The position numbers and the translations under genes were made by a program. Positions 9,437 through 19,169 of a stretch of DNA of 64,000 nt are shown piece after piece. Location of the stretch: the NCBI GenBank assembly GCA_964576925.1, contig CAZNWJ010000004.1:55218-119217 (forward strand). Reading direction: 5' to 3'. Source of the stretch: an uncultured Ignavibacteria bacterium (lineage in GTDB: Bacteria; Zixibacteria; MSB-5A5; CAIYYT01). The first letter of the stretch is position 1. Each line of letters opens with the position of its first letter. The notes beneath the pieces are model-generated. The model saw only the letters and a list, made by a program, of their open reading frames with translations. It did not search any database and had not been told where the DNA came from.

Positions 9437-10507
9437 CTAAAGCTCCAGCAACGACTTGTCCGCGCGATTCATTACGCGGCAACCGTTTCTGGTAATCACC
9501 ACATCATCTTCCACCCGTACGCCGCCCCAGCCGTCAAGGTAGATACCGGGCTCGACCGTCACGACCATCCCCGGCTGTAAGACAGTGTCCGACAGCGGCG
9601 ACAAGCGGGGTTCTTCGTGAATCAGCAGGCCGATCCCATGACCGAGGCCGTGGCCAAAGTTTTTCGCGTAGCCCGCCTTGGCGATGATATCGCGCACGTG
9701 TTTATCGACAGCCGACCCTTTCAAACCGGCGCGCGCCTTTTTGGTTCCGGCGATTTGCGCCTTGAGGACGAGGTTGTAGATCTTCTTCTGCTGCGCGGAT
9801 GCCTTGCCGACGACCACCGTGCGCGTGATGTCGGAATGATAGCCGCCGTAGATAGCGCCGAAATCAAGGGTAACGAATTCCCCCTTCTTGATGACTTTGG
9901 AAGAAGCGCGGCCGTGCGGCAGCGCCGAGCGATAGCCGGAGGCGATGATTGTTTCGAACGACGGGTCTTCGGAGCCGAGCATCTTCATTTGATATTCGAG
10001 TTCCGCCGCGACTTCGTTTTCGCGCACGCCGGGCTTGATGATCTGCAAAATGCGTCCGAAGGCGACATCGGCAATATCGACGGCCTTCTGGATTTTCTTG
10101 ATCTCGTCGGGTTCCTTGACTGAGGCGAGCGCCTCGACCATACCGCCGGTCGGTGCCAACAGCGCTTGCGGCAGCAGCGCGCGAATCATGTTGAGATTCT
10201 TAACGGTCAGATAAGCTTCCAGGTAGCCGACGCGCAGATTCTTTTGGAGCAGCCGCTTGATTTTCGGGATCTCGGTGTACAGCTCGCGCTGGGCGATCAG
10301 GATCTTGGCGCCCTTGACTTCAGAGCGCACCTGCGCCTTGTAGCGAAAATCGGTAATGAAGTGCGCTTCATTGGTGAAAACAACGAGCAACCCGTTCGAG
10401 CCGGAATAGCCGCAAAGGTATTTGACCTGCGACAGCTCGCTGACGAGGAGGCAGTCGAGATTGCTATCCTTGAGCAGTGCTTGTAGTCTCTTGATTCGTG
10501 CTTGCAT
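9437..10507 (-). CDS. pepP: Xaa-Pro aminopeptidase / M24 family metallopeptidase
   Basis: Creatinase-type N-terminal domain plus a pita-bread C-terminal domain. Metal-ligand region HGLGHGIGLLIHEEP. Confidence 0.9.
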   Translation of the reverse strand: MQARIKRLQALLKDSNLDCLLVSELSQVKYLCGYSGSNGLLVVFTNEAHFITDFRYKAQVRSEVKGAKILIAQRELYTEIPKIKRLLQKNLRVGYLEAYLTVKNLNMIRALLPQALLAPTGGMVEALASVKEPDEIKKIQKAVDIADVAFGRILQIIKPGVRENEVAAELEYQMKMLGSEDPSFETIIASGYRSALPHGRASSKVIKKGEFVTLDFGAIYGGYHSDITRTVVVGKASAQQKKIYNLVLKAQIAGTKKARAGLKGSAVDKHVRDIIAKAGYAKNFGHGLGHGIGLLIHEEPRLSPLSDTVLQPGMVVTVEPGIYLDGWGGVRVEDDVVITRNGCRVMNRADKSLLEL

Positions 10508-10513
10508 AAGCTC

Positions 10514-11125
10514 CTAACCACACAGTTTCAGTTTTTCGTAGATCCGGGGGTCGCCCGGGGAGTCTTGCAGCAGGCGGGCATAGATAGCACGCGCCTTGTC
10601 TTTATACCCCTGTTGGGCATAAAGGTCGGCTGCTGTTTCCGTCCAGAGAATCTCGTGTTCGGGCCGATCGACCGACTCCTGGTAGCGTCCCAGTTCCTCC
10701 AGGCGCGCTGTTATGCCGGGGGATCCGGGTTCCAGTTGGGCAGCCTGCAGATAGTATTTCAGCGCCTCAGCCAATTGACCGGCCTGCCGAAACAAGTCGC
10801 CCAATTTCACCAAGGTCAGCGGATTATCGGCATCCCGCTTCAGCGCCTCCAAGTAAGCAAAGGTGGCCGATACCGACTTGCCGCGCCGAATATAGAGGTC
10901 ACCCAGCACTTGGAGCCCGTTGGCGTAATTGGGGTATTGCCGAATTCCTGCTTGAAGCAGGTCGTAGGCGACATCCAATTCGCCGGCGTCGATCATAATG
11001 GCGGCCTGACGCGCGAAGTCATACCCGATCTTGGTGTCGCCAGAGGCCACTTCTGTGGTCTCAATTTCAGAGGCAGACTGCTCCCCCTGCATAGAGACCT
11101 TGCCTTTGCGGGCAGAATACTCCAT
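10514..11125 (-). CDS. TPR repeat protein
   Basis: Several TPR-like helical repeats (YANGLQVLGDLYIRRGK, LVKLGDLFRQAGQLAEALKYY). First gene of the minus-strand operon. Confidence 0.7.
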   Translation of the reverse strand: MEYSARKGKVSMQGEQSASEIETTEVASGDTKIGYDFARQAAIMIDAGELDVAYDLLQAGIRQYPNYANGLQVLGDLYIRRGKSVSATFAYLEALKRDADNPLTLVKLGDLFRQAGQLAEALKYYLQAAQLEPGSPGITARLEELGRYQESVDRPEHEILWTETAADLYAQQGYKDKARAIYARLLQDSPGDPRIYEKLKLCG

Positions 11126-11491
11126 GACCCTCCCACGACTTAATCCGAATCACGATACGGACTTTGGCGGGATTTGGTCAAGAAAAAAACTGGGGGAGGC
11201 CCGGGAGGTGTGCCGCGAAATCCGCATTTGAGCACCGATAACTACATTGTCGCAGGGGTGAAACGATTTGTAGAATGATCGTGCAGAGCGGTCAAAATGC
11301 CATCCTGACAGCATAACCGCTTACGGGACAGGGTGATTCCAGCCGCGATTGTGATGCGGGAACTGACTGGTGATTCAGTTTCGGCGCGATCGGACGCGTG
11401 ATAACCGGCCAAGATTCCGCTTGTCGGAACTGGTGCCGATGATATATTTTATAAGTTTTGGTAGTATTACGTACGGAGGAATAGCTACGCC

Positions 11492-13312
11492 ATGATGCAA
11501 GTCTTACGGAATAACACGCAGATCATCATCTGGATACTGGTGATTGCGTTTGTGGGCACGATCATCTTCGCCTGGGGCATGGATATCGGCGGCGGCAATG
11601 TCGGCGGCATGGCCACGAACGTGGTCGGCAAGGTTAACGGCCGCGAGATACCGTTGCAGAACTTCGGCGCCCTCGCCGAGCAGTTTATCGACCAGGAGCG
11701 GCAGCGGACGCCGGACAAGGACTTTACCGAGTCTGACTATCGCAATGCGCGCCGCCAGGCCTGGAACGAATTCGTCAACAGCTACTTGCAGCAGGACCAG
11801 ATCGAAAAGCTGGGAATTACCTTGACCGACGCTGAAGTGGTCGATTTCATTCGCCGCTTCCCGCCGCAGGAAGTGCAGCAGATTGAGGTCTTCCAGACCA
11901 ACGGTCAGTTTGATTATAATAAGTACCTCTCAGCCATGGGCGACCCGCAGTATGCCGAGTTGTGGCGTCAGGTCGAAGCACTCGTCAAACCGCGGCTGAC
12001 GACCTTCAAGTTGCAGGAGTATGTCACTTCGATGGTGCGCGTTTCGGACGGTGAGTTGCAGGAGCAGTACCTGCGCGACAATGAAAGAATCCGCGTCGAT
12101 TACGCGCTGGTGCCATATTCCAAATTCCCCGTGGGCGCGAACGAGATCGACTCGAACGAAGTTCGCAGCTACTATAACGACAACCCGGACGAGTTTCGCG
12201 AAGCGGAGCAGGTTTACTATACGACCTATCGCTTGAGCAAGGAAGCTTCGACTGAAGACTTCGCCGCCGCGCTGGAAAAGGCGAACCAAGTGAAGAAGCT
12301 ACTTGACGAAGGCGGCGATTTCGCGACGCTGGCAAATGAGTACACAGAAGATCCCTCGGGCAAGGGCAAGGGCGGCGCGCTGGGATATTTCGCCCGTGGC
12401 GCGATGGTGCGCGAGTTTGACTCGGCGGCATTTGCCATGAGCGACGGCGATATCTCCGTGCCGGTGAAGACGCGATTTGGCTACCATATCATCTACCGCA
12501 CAGGCCAGCGCAAGACCAATGAATTGGAGGAGGTGGAAGCCTCGCATATCCTGTTCCGCCCCGAGATGTCGGAAGGCACGGTGCAGTCGCTTGAAGCAAA
12601 GATGATGCGGCTGAAGTCTGAAGGAAACGCTACGAACGCCGAGACCCTGGCGAAGGAACTCGGAATCACGCAGGAGACTCAGCGCAAGGTTGGCCGCGAC
12701 CAACCGATCGGCAGTTTCGGCAAGGACGCGATGTTGGAGAAGTTCCTGTTCGAAGCCTCCGACGGCTCGTTCTCGGAACTGATCGATCGTAGCGAAGCAT
12801 TCTATCTCGTGCGCAAGGACCGGCTGAAACCGGCGGGTTTGGCAGCCTTCGAAGACGTCTACCCGATCATTACCCGCAAACTGATCGACAAGCGGCAGCG
12901 GCAATTGACCCTGGCCGTCGCGCAGCGCATCCACAGTTCCGTCATGGCGGGCAGTTCGCTGGCTGATGCCGCTAAGGCTGCGGGGCATGAGGTCGTCGAG
13001 TCTGGGTTCTTTGCCCGCAGCGGGCGGTTGCCGGGAATGGGTAATGACGCGACTTTGATCGGTACGGCGTTTTCGCTCTCGGAAGGCAAGCGGTTTTCGC
13101 AGCCGGTGTTAACAAATAATGGCGCTGCAGTGATCGAGTTCAAGGAACGCACGGCCGCCAGCCTCGACGGCTTCGCCGCCGAACGCGACACGCTGCGGAC
13201 CAAGGCGTTGCAGACGGCGCAAAGCGCCTTCTGGGACAAATGGTTTACGGAGCTGATCAACAAGGCTGAGATCGAGGATAACCGCAAGGTGATTTTCGGC
13301 GAAACGATGTAG
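11492..13312 (+). CDS. ppiD: Periplasmic chaperone PpiD-like peptidyl-prolyl isomerase (parvulin domain)
   Basis: N-terminal signal-anchor TM helix. Parvulin PPIase domain (GGDFATLANEYTEDPSGKGKGGALGYFARGAMVREFDSAAFAM...FGYHII). SurA/PpiD-like chaperone domains. Confidence 0.8.
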   Translation: MMQVLRNNTQIIIWILVIAFVGTIIFAWGMDIGGGNVGGMATNVVGKVNGREIPLQNFGALAEQFIDQERQRTPDKDFTESDYRNARRQAWNEFVNSYLQQDQIEKLGITLTDAEVVDFIRRFPPQEVQQIEVFQTNGQFDYNKYLSAMGDPQYAELWRQVEALVKPRLTTFKLQEYVTSMVRVSDGELQEQYLRDNERIRVDYALVPYSKFPVGANEIDSNEVRSYYNDNPDEFREAEQVYYTTYRLSKEASTEDFAAALEKANQVKKLLDEGGDFATLANEYTEDPSGKGKGGALGYFARGAMVREFDSAAFAMSDGDISVPVKTRFGYHIIYRTGQRKTNELEEVEASHILFRPEMSEGTVQSLEAKMMRLKSEGNATNAETLAKELGITQETQRKVGRDQPIGSFGKDAMLEKFLFEASDGSFSELIDRSEAFYLVRKDRLKPAGLAAFEDVYPIITRKLIDKRQRQLTLAVAQRIHSSVMAGSSLADAAKAAGHEVVESGFFARSGRLPGMGNDATLIGTAFSLSEGKRFSQPVLTNNGAAVIEFKERTAASLDGFAAERDTLRTKALQTAQSAFWDKWFTELINKAEIEDNRKVIFGETM

Positions 13313-13337
13313 GCTCCAGTAGAACAGCAAGAGCTCA

Positions 13338-13376
13338 AAGCGCGGTGATCGAACTGATCACCGCGCTTCTTTCTTG
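13338..13376 (+). terminator. Rho-independent terminator after ppiD
   Basis: Stem AAGCGCGGTGATC/GATCACCGCGCTT followed by CTTTCTT. Confidence 0.7.
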
Positions 13377-13521
13377 GACAAACTCCTCCCGTTGGCCGTT
13401 TCAATCTGCACCGGCCAAACTCCCCAATCGAGTGCCGTCACTCGAAAAGATTTTCCGCTTTTTGTCCCTCAAGGTTTGTCAGCCTGTTCCGATATGAAAA
13501 ATACTGAACTTCGGTTCACGG

Positions 13522-14637
13522 ATGAAACCCCAACCGGAAACAGGATGTACCGCTTTGAACACAATGTTGTCGGCAGAAGAGCGCATAGTTGCTTCAAACT
13601 CGGAACGACTTGACTGGAGTGAACTGCTCAGTGGTCTGGCGCGGCACTTGCCCGAGTCAGAGTTAGCAACAGCTATCGATCAGCGCTGCGGCGCGCTCTT
13701 GCGTGTTGCCGGTATCGAGCTGCAATCCTTGGCGACTGACTCTGAACATTCAGAGGCGGGCTCACTACTCGAAGTCAATTTTGACAGCCGCGGTCAGGAG
13801 CGCCGCTTCAGGCTGATGCCGACATTGGGTGAGTTTTCAACGGCGGCGCGTGAAGCGATTCTCGATACCGTCCACGTCACTCTCAGCGACCTGCTTGCCT
13901 CCGTCAATAATCGACTTCAGGCAAACGCGGCAGAAGCAATTTCCGACACCTTTAGCGCCGTCCGCGCAGCTCCAGCACCGACAAGTCTTCCGGATGATCT
14001 GCTTTCGGCGTTCGTGCACAAGTTGCGCAACAATCTGGGCGCGACAGTAACCGCCGCCAGCCAGCTGAACGAGATGCTGGCGGACAAAGCCGGCGCCGAT
14101 GCCGCGATGTTGCTCGGAATCATCGAATCAGCGACGGAAGCGCAGCGGCGTTTGATCGACCGCTTCGTGCTCTTGTCGCGTCCACTGGTGGTGCGTTTGG
14201 CCCGCGTAGAGGTGGCGCCGATCCTGCGCTCGATCCTGCAGCGCTATGCCGCCATCAACGGCAATCAGATCGAAATCGAAGGCCTGGAGCGCGAAGTGGC
14301 AATCGAAACTGACCGCACGCTTTATGCCTTCATCTTGAACGAGCTAGTGGAGAACGGTCTCGAAGCCAGCGCGCAGCACCGCCTCGTGATCAAGGTTGCG
14401 AATCGCGACCACTATTTCGAAATGTCTTTCCGCAACGACTGCGGCGATCTGCCGACCTACGTGTCGGACAGCTTGTTCAAACCGTTCTTTACGACCAAGA
14501 CCAGCCGGGCCGGCCTGGGGCTCACGATCGCGCAGCATTATGCGCGACTGCTCGGCGGTACGATTCGCCATCGCTGCGTGCGCGGCGAAGCGGAGTTTAC
14601 AATCGCAATTCCCCTCGGCAACGAATTGAACAAATGA
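13522..14637 (+). CDS. Sensor histidine kinase (apparently cytoplasmic)
   Basis: H-box FVHKLRNNLGA. HATPase_c with N, G1 and G2 boxes (ILNELVENGLEAS, FKPFFTTKTSRAGLGLTIAQ). No clear TM segment. The start could be the downstream ATG near 13564. Confidence 0.8.
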   Translation: MKPQPETGCTALNTMLSAEERIVASNSERLDWSELLSGLARHLPESELATAIDQRCGALLRVAGIELQSLATDSEHSEAGSLLEVNFDSRGQERRFRLMPTLGEFSTAAREAILDTVHVTLSDLLASVNNRLQANAAEAISDTFSAVRAAPAPTSLPDDLLSAFVHKLRNNLGATVTAASQLNEMLADKAGADAAMLLGIIESATEAQRRLIDRFVLLSRPLVVRLARVEVAPILRSILQRYAAINGNQIEIEGLEREVAIETDRTLYAFILNELVENGLEASAQHRLVIKVANRDHYFEMSFRNDCGDLPTYVSDSLFKPFFTTKTSRAGLGLTIAQHYARLLGGTIRHRCVRGEAEFTIAIPLGNELNK

Positions 14638-14663
14638 TGATAGGTTCTGGAAAGGAACGACCC

Positions 14664-16025
14664 ATGCCCAGCTTGTTAATTGTAGATGACGATCGCAATC
14701 TCTGCAATGCGCTGAAACTGCTCCTGGTGCGCCATGGACATATGGTGGAGTGCGCGTTTACAGCCGCTACCGCCCAGGAATGGCTCGAGAAGAAGTTCTT
14801 CGATCTGGTGATAACCGACCTGCGATTGGTGGATGGGCTTGGGATTGACGTGATCCGCACCGCCAAGCGCGTCATGCCGGAGACCGAAGTGATCATGCTG
14901 ACCGGATTCGGCTCGGTAGATACCGCCGTCGAAGCGATGCGTTCCGGCGCGTTCGATTACATGACCAAACCGTTCAATGAAGCCGAGATGCTGTTGACGG
15001 TTGAAAAAGCGCTCTCGCAGAAGAAAATGAAGAGCGAATTGAAGCACCTGAAACTCGCCTTTGCGGAGACCTACAACTTTGACTCAATCATCGGTTCTTC
15101 ACCGGCGATCAAGAGCGTTATCGACGTGATCAAGCAGGTAGCTTCTCAGGAGATCAACGTTCTGATCACCGGCGATTCAGGCACGGGCAAGGAACTGATT
15201 GCCAAGGCGATCCACAACAATTCGCCGCGTCGCGAGGGCAAGTTCGTCGCGATCAATTGTTCGGCAATGCCGGAACTGCTGTTAGAATCAGAATTGTTCG
15301 GGCACGTAAAAGGCGCGTTTACTTCGGCGACGGCCAACAAGAAGGGCTTGTTCGAAGAGGCCGGCGGCGGGACGATCTTTCTCGATGAAGTCGGCGATAC
15401 CTCGGCATCGCTGCAGGCCAAGCTGTTGCGCGTTCTTCAGGAAGAAGAAATCCGGCCGGTCGGCTCGAACGAGACATTCAAGACTAACGTGCGCGTGATT
15501 GCCGCGACGAACAAGAATCTCGAACAAATGGTGGCGCGCGGGAAGTTCCGCGAAGACCTCTATTACCGGCTCAACGTTATCTCGCTGCATCTGCCGTCTC
15601 TGGCGGAGCGGCGCGAGGATATCGTGCCGTTGGCGCAACACTTCCTGGCGAAGTACTGTGAGCACTTCAACAAGACGATGAAGCGTTTCTCCCAGGCTGC
15701 AGGTGACAAATTGATGGCACACGAATGGCCGGGAAACGTCCGCGAGTTGGAGAACACGATCAAGCGCGCAGTAGCGCTTTCGGTCAGTGATATTATCGAT
15801 GTTGAGAATCTCTTCCTCATGAAGCCGATGCCGAAGCGGGAGGAGCGGGGCGATCGCCCGGGAATGCCCGGCGACACCACCTCGCTGGAAGATATGCAGA
15901 AAGAGCATATCGTGCGCAGTTTGCGCGAGAACCGGTGGAACTACTCGGTGACAGCGGGCAAGCTCGGAATTGGGCGGACGACTCTGTGGCGCAAGGTGAA
16001 GAAGTTCAACATCGTGAAGGAATAG
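14664..16025 (+). CDS. Sigma-54-dependent response regulator (NtrC family: receiver, AAA+ sigma-54 activator and Fis-type HTH domains)
   Basis: Receiver domain (LIVDDDRNL...D). Walker A GDSGTGKE, the GAFTSA loop and an arginine finger. C-terminal HTH. A GGAAAGGA RBS is upstream. The ORF also opens at 14634. Confidence 0.9.
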   Translation: MPSLLIVDDDRNLCNALKLLLVRHGHMVECAFTAATAQEWLEKKFFDLVITDLRLVDGLGIDVIRTAKRVMPETEVIMLTGFGSVDTAVEAMRSGAFDYMTKPFNEAEMLLTVEKALSQKKMKSELKHLKLAFAETYNFDSIIGSSPAIKSVIDVIKQVASQEINVLITGDSGTGKELIAKAIHNNSPRREGKFVAINCSAMPELLLESELFGHVKGAFTSATANKKGLFEEAGGGTIFLDEVGDTSASLQAKLLRVLQEEEIRPVGSNETFKTNVRVIAATNKNLEQMVARGKFREDLYYRLNVISLHLPSLAERREDIVPLAQHFLAKYCEHFNKTMKRFSQAAGDKLMAHEWPGNVRELENTIKRAVALSVSDIIDVENLFLMKPMPKREERGDRPGMPGDTTSLEDMQKEHIVRSLRENRWNYSVTAGKLGIGRTTLWRKVKKFNIVKE

Positions 16026-16063
16026 TCGCAGGAGACGCGATACCTCAAAAGTGGTGAGCGACG

Positions 16064-16089
16064 GCGCCGGACTACTGACTCCGGCGCCG
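16064..16089. terminator. Bidirectional hairpin terminator between convergent genes
   Basis: GGCGCCGGAGTCAGTAGTCCGGCGCC, a 10-bp perfect stem, flanked by T-runs on both strands. Confidence 0.6.
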
Positions 16090-16098
16090 CTTTGTTTT

Positions 16099-17202
16099 TC
16101 AGGCACACGGCGGCGGGCCGCCGGCGAAGATGTAGTTGATCAGGTAGATCGCATCCGAGATGTTGACGAGGCCATTGCTATCGGCATCACCCGCCCGGAG
16201 CGGCACCGGCGGAGGTCCACCTCCGAAGATGTAGCCGATGATGTAGATCGCATCGGAGATGCTGATCACCTGGCTGCCGTCGGCATCGCCGCAGAGGTAG
16301 GCGAACTCGATAGTAAGCATGGCACTGGTGAGCGGAGTCGAGGCCGACCAGGTATCGATCATTAAATAGTATTCTCCCGGAGGGAGCACGAGTTGTTCGA
16401 TTCCGAACGGGTTGGCGAGATTGCTGGTTGCGGAAGCGATACAGCTGCTGCCCACGGGACAGTCAGAACTGATCAAAAAGGCGCTGCCGGCAACCTGTCC
16501 GGGATCAAGAGTGAAATTCAGTCCCAGGGCACTGGCAAGCTCAAAAGAGTAGAACAGATCTTCACCGAGATCGTAGCCGCCGAGACAGGTGGCTGTATAG
16601 TCGTTTCCGGATCCCGCATTCGAGAATGGGCCTTCAGTGAAAGGAAGTTCCGCCGGAGTGAGGGTTCCGAAACCGAGCGGGAGATTGCAGTCGACGCCCC
16701 AGGGATCGACGAAGACCTCGTTGACCGTCACGTCGAATTCGGGGATGCATTCCGGAGCCGGCCAGGTATCGACGATGATGTAGTAGATGCCTGCCTCGAG
16801 CATAACCGGCGGTGTGTAGTGCGGTACACCGGTAGATTTCGTGCTCATGGCTAGGCAGTCACCGTCCGGCGGGCAGGTATCGTCGATAGCGATACCGGTC
16901 CAAGCAGTGCCGTGAGGATTCAGTTCAATTACCGCGAACATGAAGCTAAGAATCTCCAGGCGAATAATGTAATCCTCGCCATTGTCGTAGCTACCGAGGC
17001 AGGTTGAATTGTAGTCGTCGATGTGGCCGCAGGTTGTGAGTGCGGGAAGTTGAACGATCATCGAGCCGGGATAAAAGGTGACTTCATGCGCTGATTCGCA
17101 TTTGCGATTCACCGATTCCGGGTCGGCAGTTTCTGCCGGCAGGCGGGCTGAGCCTATAGCAATAGTGGCGGCGACCAGAAACGCCAGGGACTGGAAGCGC
17201 AT
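16099..17202 (-). CDS. Secreted protein of unknown function with an internal ~130-aa duplication and a dockerin-like C-terminal tandem module
   Basis: Signal peptide. Two internal repeats (TCLGSYDNGEDY... and TCLGGYDLGEDL...). C-terminus CGDADGSQVISISDAIYIIGYIFGGGPPPVPLRAGDADSNGLVNISDAIYLINYIFAGGPPPCA. Confidence 0.6.
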   Translation of the reverse strand: MRFQSLAFLVAATIAIGSARLPAETADPESVNRKCESAHEVTFYPGSMIVQLPALTTCGHIDDYNSTCLGSYDNGEDYIIRLEILSFMFAVIELNPHGTAWTGIAIDDTCPPDGDCLAMSTKSTGVPHYTPPVMLEAGIYYIIVDTWPAPECIPEFDVTVNEVFVDPWGVDCNLPLGFGTLTPAELPFTEGPFSNAGSGNDYTATCLGGYDLGEDLFYSFELASALGLNFTLDPGQVAGSAFLISSDCPVGSSCIASATSNLANPFGIEQLVLPPGEYYLMIDTWSASTPLTSAMLTIEFAYLCGDADGSQVISISDAIYIIGYIFGGGPPPVPLRAGDADSNGLVNISDAIYLINYIFAGGPPPCA

Positions 17203-17513
17203 AAAAGACCCTCCCGACGACGATTGCTCTCGTCGAAAACTGTATTCGGTATTCGCTGAATCGGCACAACAAACATATACAATGTCGTCGCTGTTGTCAA
17301 GGGCGGTGGAGCTGGTTCAAAATGGAGCGGCGGGAGCCGCAAATCGAGGCCGGTTACAAGAACTGCCGCAACGGCAGGTTACGGTTACTGGGGGGGCGGC
17401 CATTGCTGGGGGACCGGTTGATGGGGATAATATTGCCCGATTCAGTCTACAGAAAGGGCACGAAAAAAAGGGGGCAGCAACCGGGAACAGTTAAGCCTGA
17501 CAGGTGTTCCTAT

Positions 17514-17541
17514 TGACAAACGGCTCTTGGTTCATTAGATA
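17514..17541 (+). promoter_or_regulatory. Candidate sigma-70-type promoter for the ECF sigma gene; would give a near-leaderless transcript
   Basis: TTGACA at 17514-17519, a 16-nt spacer and TAGATA at 17536-17541. The ATG is at 17550. An alternative ECF-like GGAAC-N16-GTT lies at 17484-17508. Confidence 0.35.
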
Positions 17542-17549
17542 CCGACAAC

Positions 17550-18137
17550 ATGTTTCGCAGCAAAGCCAAGAGCCTGAAAAGCGAATTCGAGCAAGAAGCG
17601 ATGGTGCATACGGACGCGCTGTATCGGACGGCGCTCCGGATGACAAAGAACGCTTCCGACGCCGAGGACTTAGTCCAGGAGACGTTACTCAAGGCTTATC
17701 GTAGTTTCGACCGGTTCGAGAAAGGCACCAATGCCAAGGCGTGGTTGTTCAAGATCATGACCAACACGTTTATCAACAACTACCGGGCGAGACAGAAAGA
17801 GTCGACCAGCGTTTCCTTTGACGACATCGACGACAGCGTGATGCACACGCAGTTGCCGGGGTTGGTTGCAGAGAGCAGCGATCCCGAGAAGGATTTTTTC
17901 AACAAGATCATCGACCGCGATGTGGTCGCGGCGATCGAGAAACTTCCGGAAGAGTTCCGGATGGTGGTGGTGCTGGCCTTCAACGAAGGTTTTGCCTACC
18001 AGGAGATTGCAGACATCATGGGAATTCAGGTTGGAACCGTCAAGTCGCGACTTCACCGCGGGCGCAAGATCCTGCAGAAGCTGCTCTGGGAGTATGCGAA
18101 TGACAAGGATCGTGCAAAGGAACAAGCGGAACAGTGA
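17550..18137 (+). CDS. ECF-family RNA polymerase sigma factor (sigma-70 regions 2 and 4)
   Basis: Region 2 [39 protein letters not shown]. Region 4 [28 protein letters not shown]. Confidence 0.9.
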   Translation: MFRSKAKSLKSEFEQEAMVHTDALYRTALRMTKNASDAEDLVQETLLKAYRSFDRFEKGTNAKAWLFKIMTNTFINNYRARQKESTSVSFDDIDDSVMHTQLPGLVAESSDPEKDFFNKIIDRDVVAAIEKLPEEFRMVVVLAFNEGFAYQEIADIMGIQVGTVKSRLHRGRKILQKLLWEYANDKDRAKEQAEQ

Positions 18138-18916
18138 ACTGCCGGGAAGTATTAGCTAAGCTGTACGACTACCTTGACGAAGAGCTGACCGCATCAGACC
18201 GTCAAGACCTCCAGAAGCACCTCGAACACTGCAGCGATTGCCTGCACAAGTATAATCTCGAAGAACAGTTCAATCGCGTAATCGCCGGCAAGCTTGACTC
18301 GCCGTGCGAGACGAGCCAGTTGAAGAAGCGAATCCTGGTGGAGATCGCCAAGATCGACCAGCAACAGGGCGGAGCAGCATCCCCGGGGCGGCGCAATATT
18401 CTTTACCTGTTCATGCCGATTGCCGCCGCGGCGCTGGTGGCTCTCATTCTAATCAACCCGTTTTCGTCCAAAGGTTCGGTCCTGGAGGCGGTTTATCCGT
18501 TTGCACACGAGCACAGCAAGTGTCTCGATCACGTAATGCAGTACATCGTGCAATCGCACGATCCGGCGGAAGTGCGGGCGGCGCTACAGCACATTGGCGC
18601 GATGCCTGATGATCTCTTTGCGCCGGCAACGGACGGGCAATTCCAGTTAGCGGGCGCGGCGATTGCGCATGTCAACAATCATGACCGGGTACACCTCGAC
18701 TACTCCTATAAGGGAGATGCCATCTCAGTATTTGTCCTCGATAAGAACACAATCGACAAATCGCACTTCGATCGTATGGAACATAATGGCAAGACGATTT
18801 ACGCCGGTTCGTGCCCGAAATTCCAGTATGTAATCTGGGAGTGCGAGCAGCATGAATGTGTAGCGGTGAGCCTGATTGACGAAGAGAAGCTGATTGATTT
18901 TGCTTCGGTATTTTAG
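18134..18916 (+). CDS. Anti-sigma factor (zf-HC2 type) with one TM helix and a periplasmic C-terminal domain
   Basis: N-terminal motif [16 protein letters not shown]...[33 protein letters not shown]. Overlaps the sigma gene by 4 nt (ATGA). Confidence 0.75.
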   Translation: MNCREVLAKLYDYLDEELTASDRQDLQKHLEHCSDCLHKYNLEEQFNRVIAGKLDSPCETSQLKKRILVEIAKIDQQQGGAASPGRRNILYLFMPIAAAALVALILINPFSSKGSVLEAVYPFAHEHSKCLDHVMQYIVQSHDPAEVRAALQHIGAMPDDLFAPATDGQFQLAGAAIAHVNNHDRVHLDYSYKGDAISVFVLDKNTIDKSHFDRMEHNGKTIYAGSCPKFQYVIWECEQHECVAVSLIDEEKLIDFASVF

Positions 18917-18998
18917 AGCTTAACGACAACGGAATCGACTTCAGATCGCCGGCGGTGGAAACATCGGCGGCGATTTTGGTTTGGGGGGAAATTTGTGA

Positions 18999-19028
18999 TT
19001 GACAGGCGCTGGGAATAATTGATATCAT
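18999..19028 (+). promoter_or_regulatory. Candidate promoter of the R-M island
   Basis: TTGACA at 18999-19004, an 18-nt spacer, and an extended -10 of TG-n-TATCAT at 19020-19028. Confidence 0.4.
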
Positions 19029-19169
19029 CGCTCTTGAAATGCTCAGAGAGGGTGGTGTAACATCGGAAAGCACATCTTAATTCGAGACATTCCGGAAGAA
19101 GTTGAGGGCTGGATTGAGGAAGAACGAAGTCGGTCGCTCCAGAGCCAGAAGGAGTTTCTTCTCGGGATA

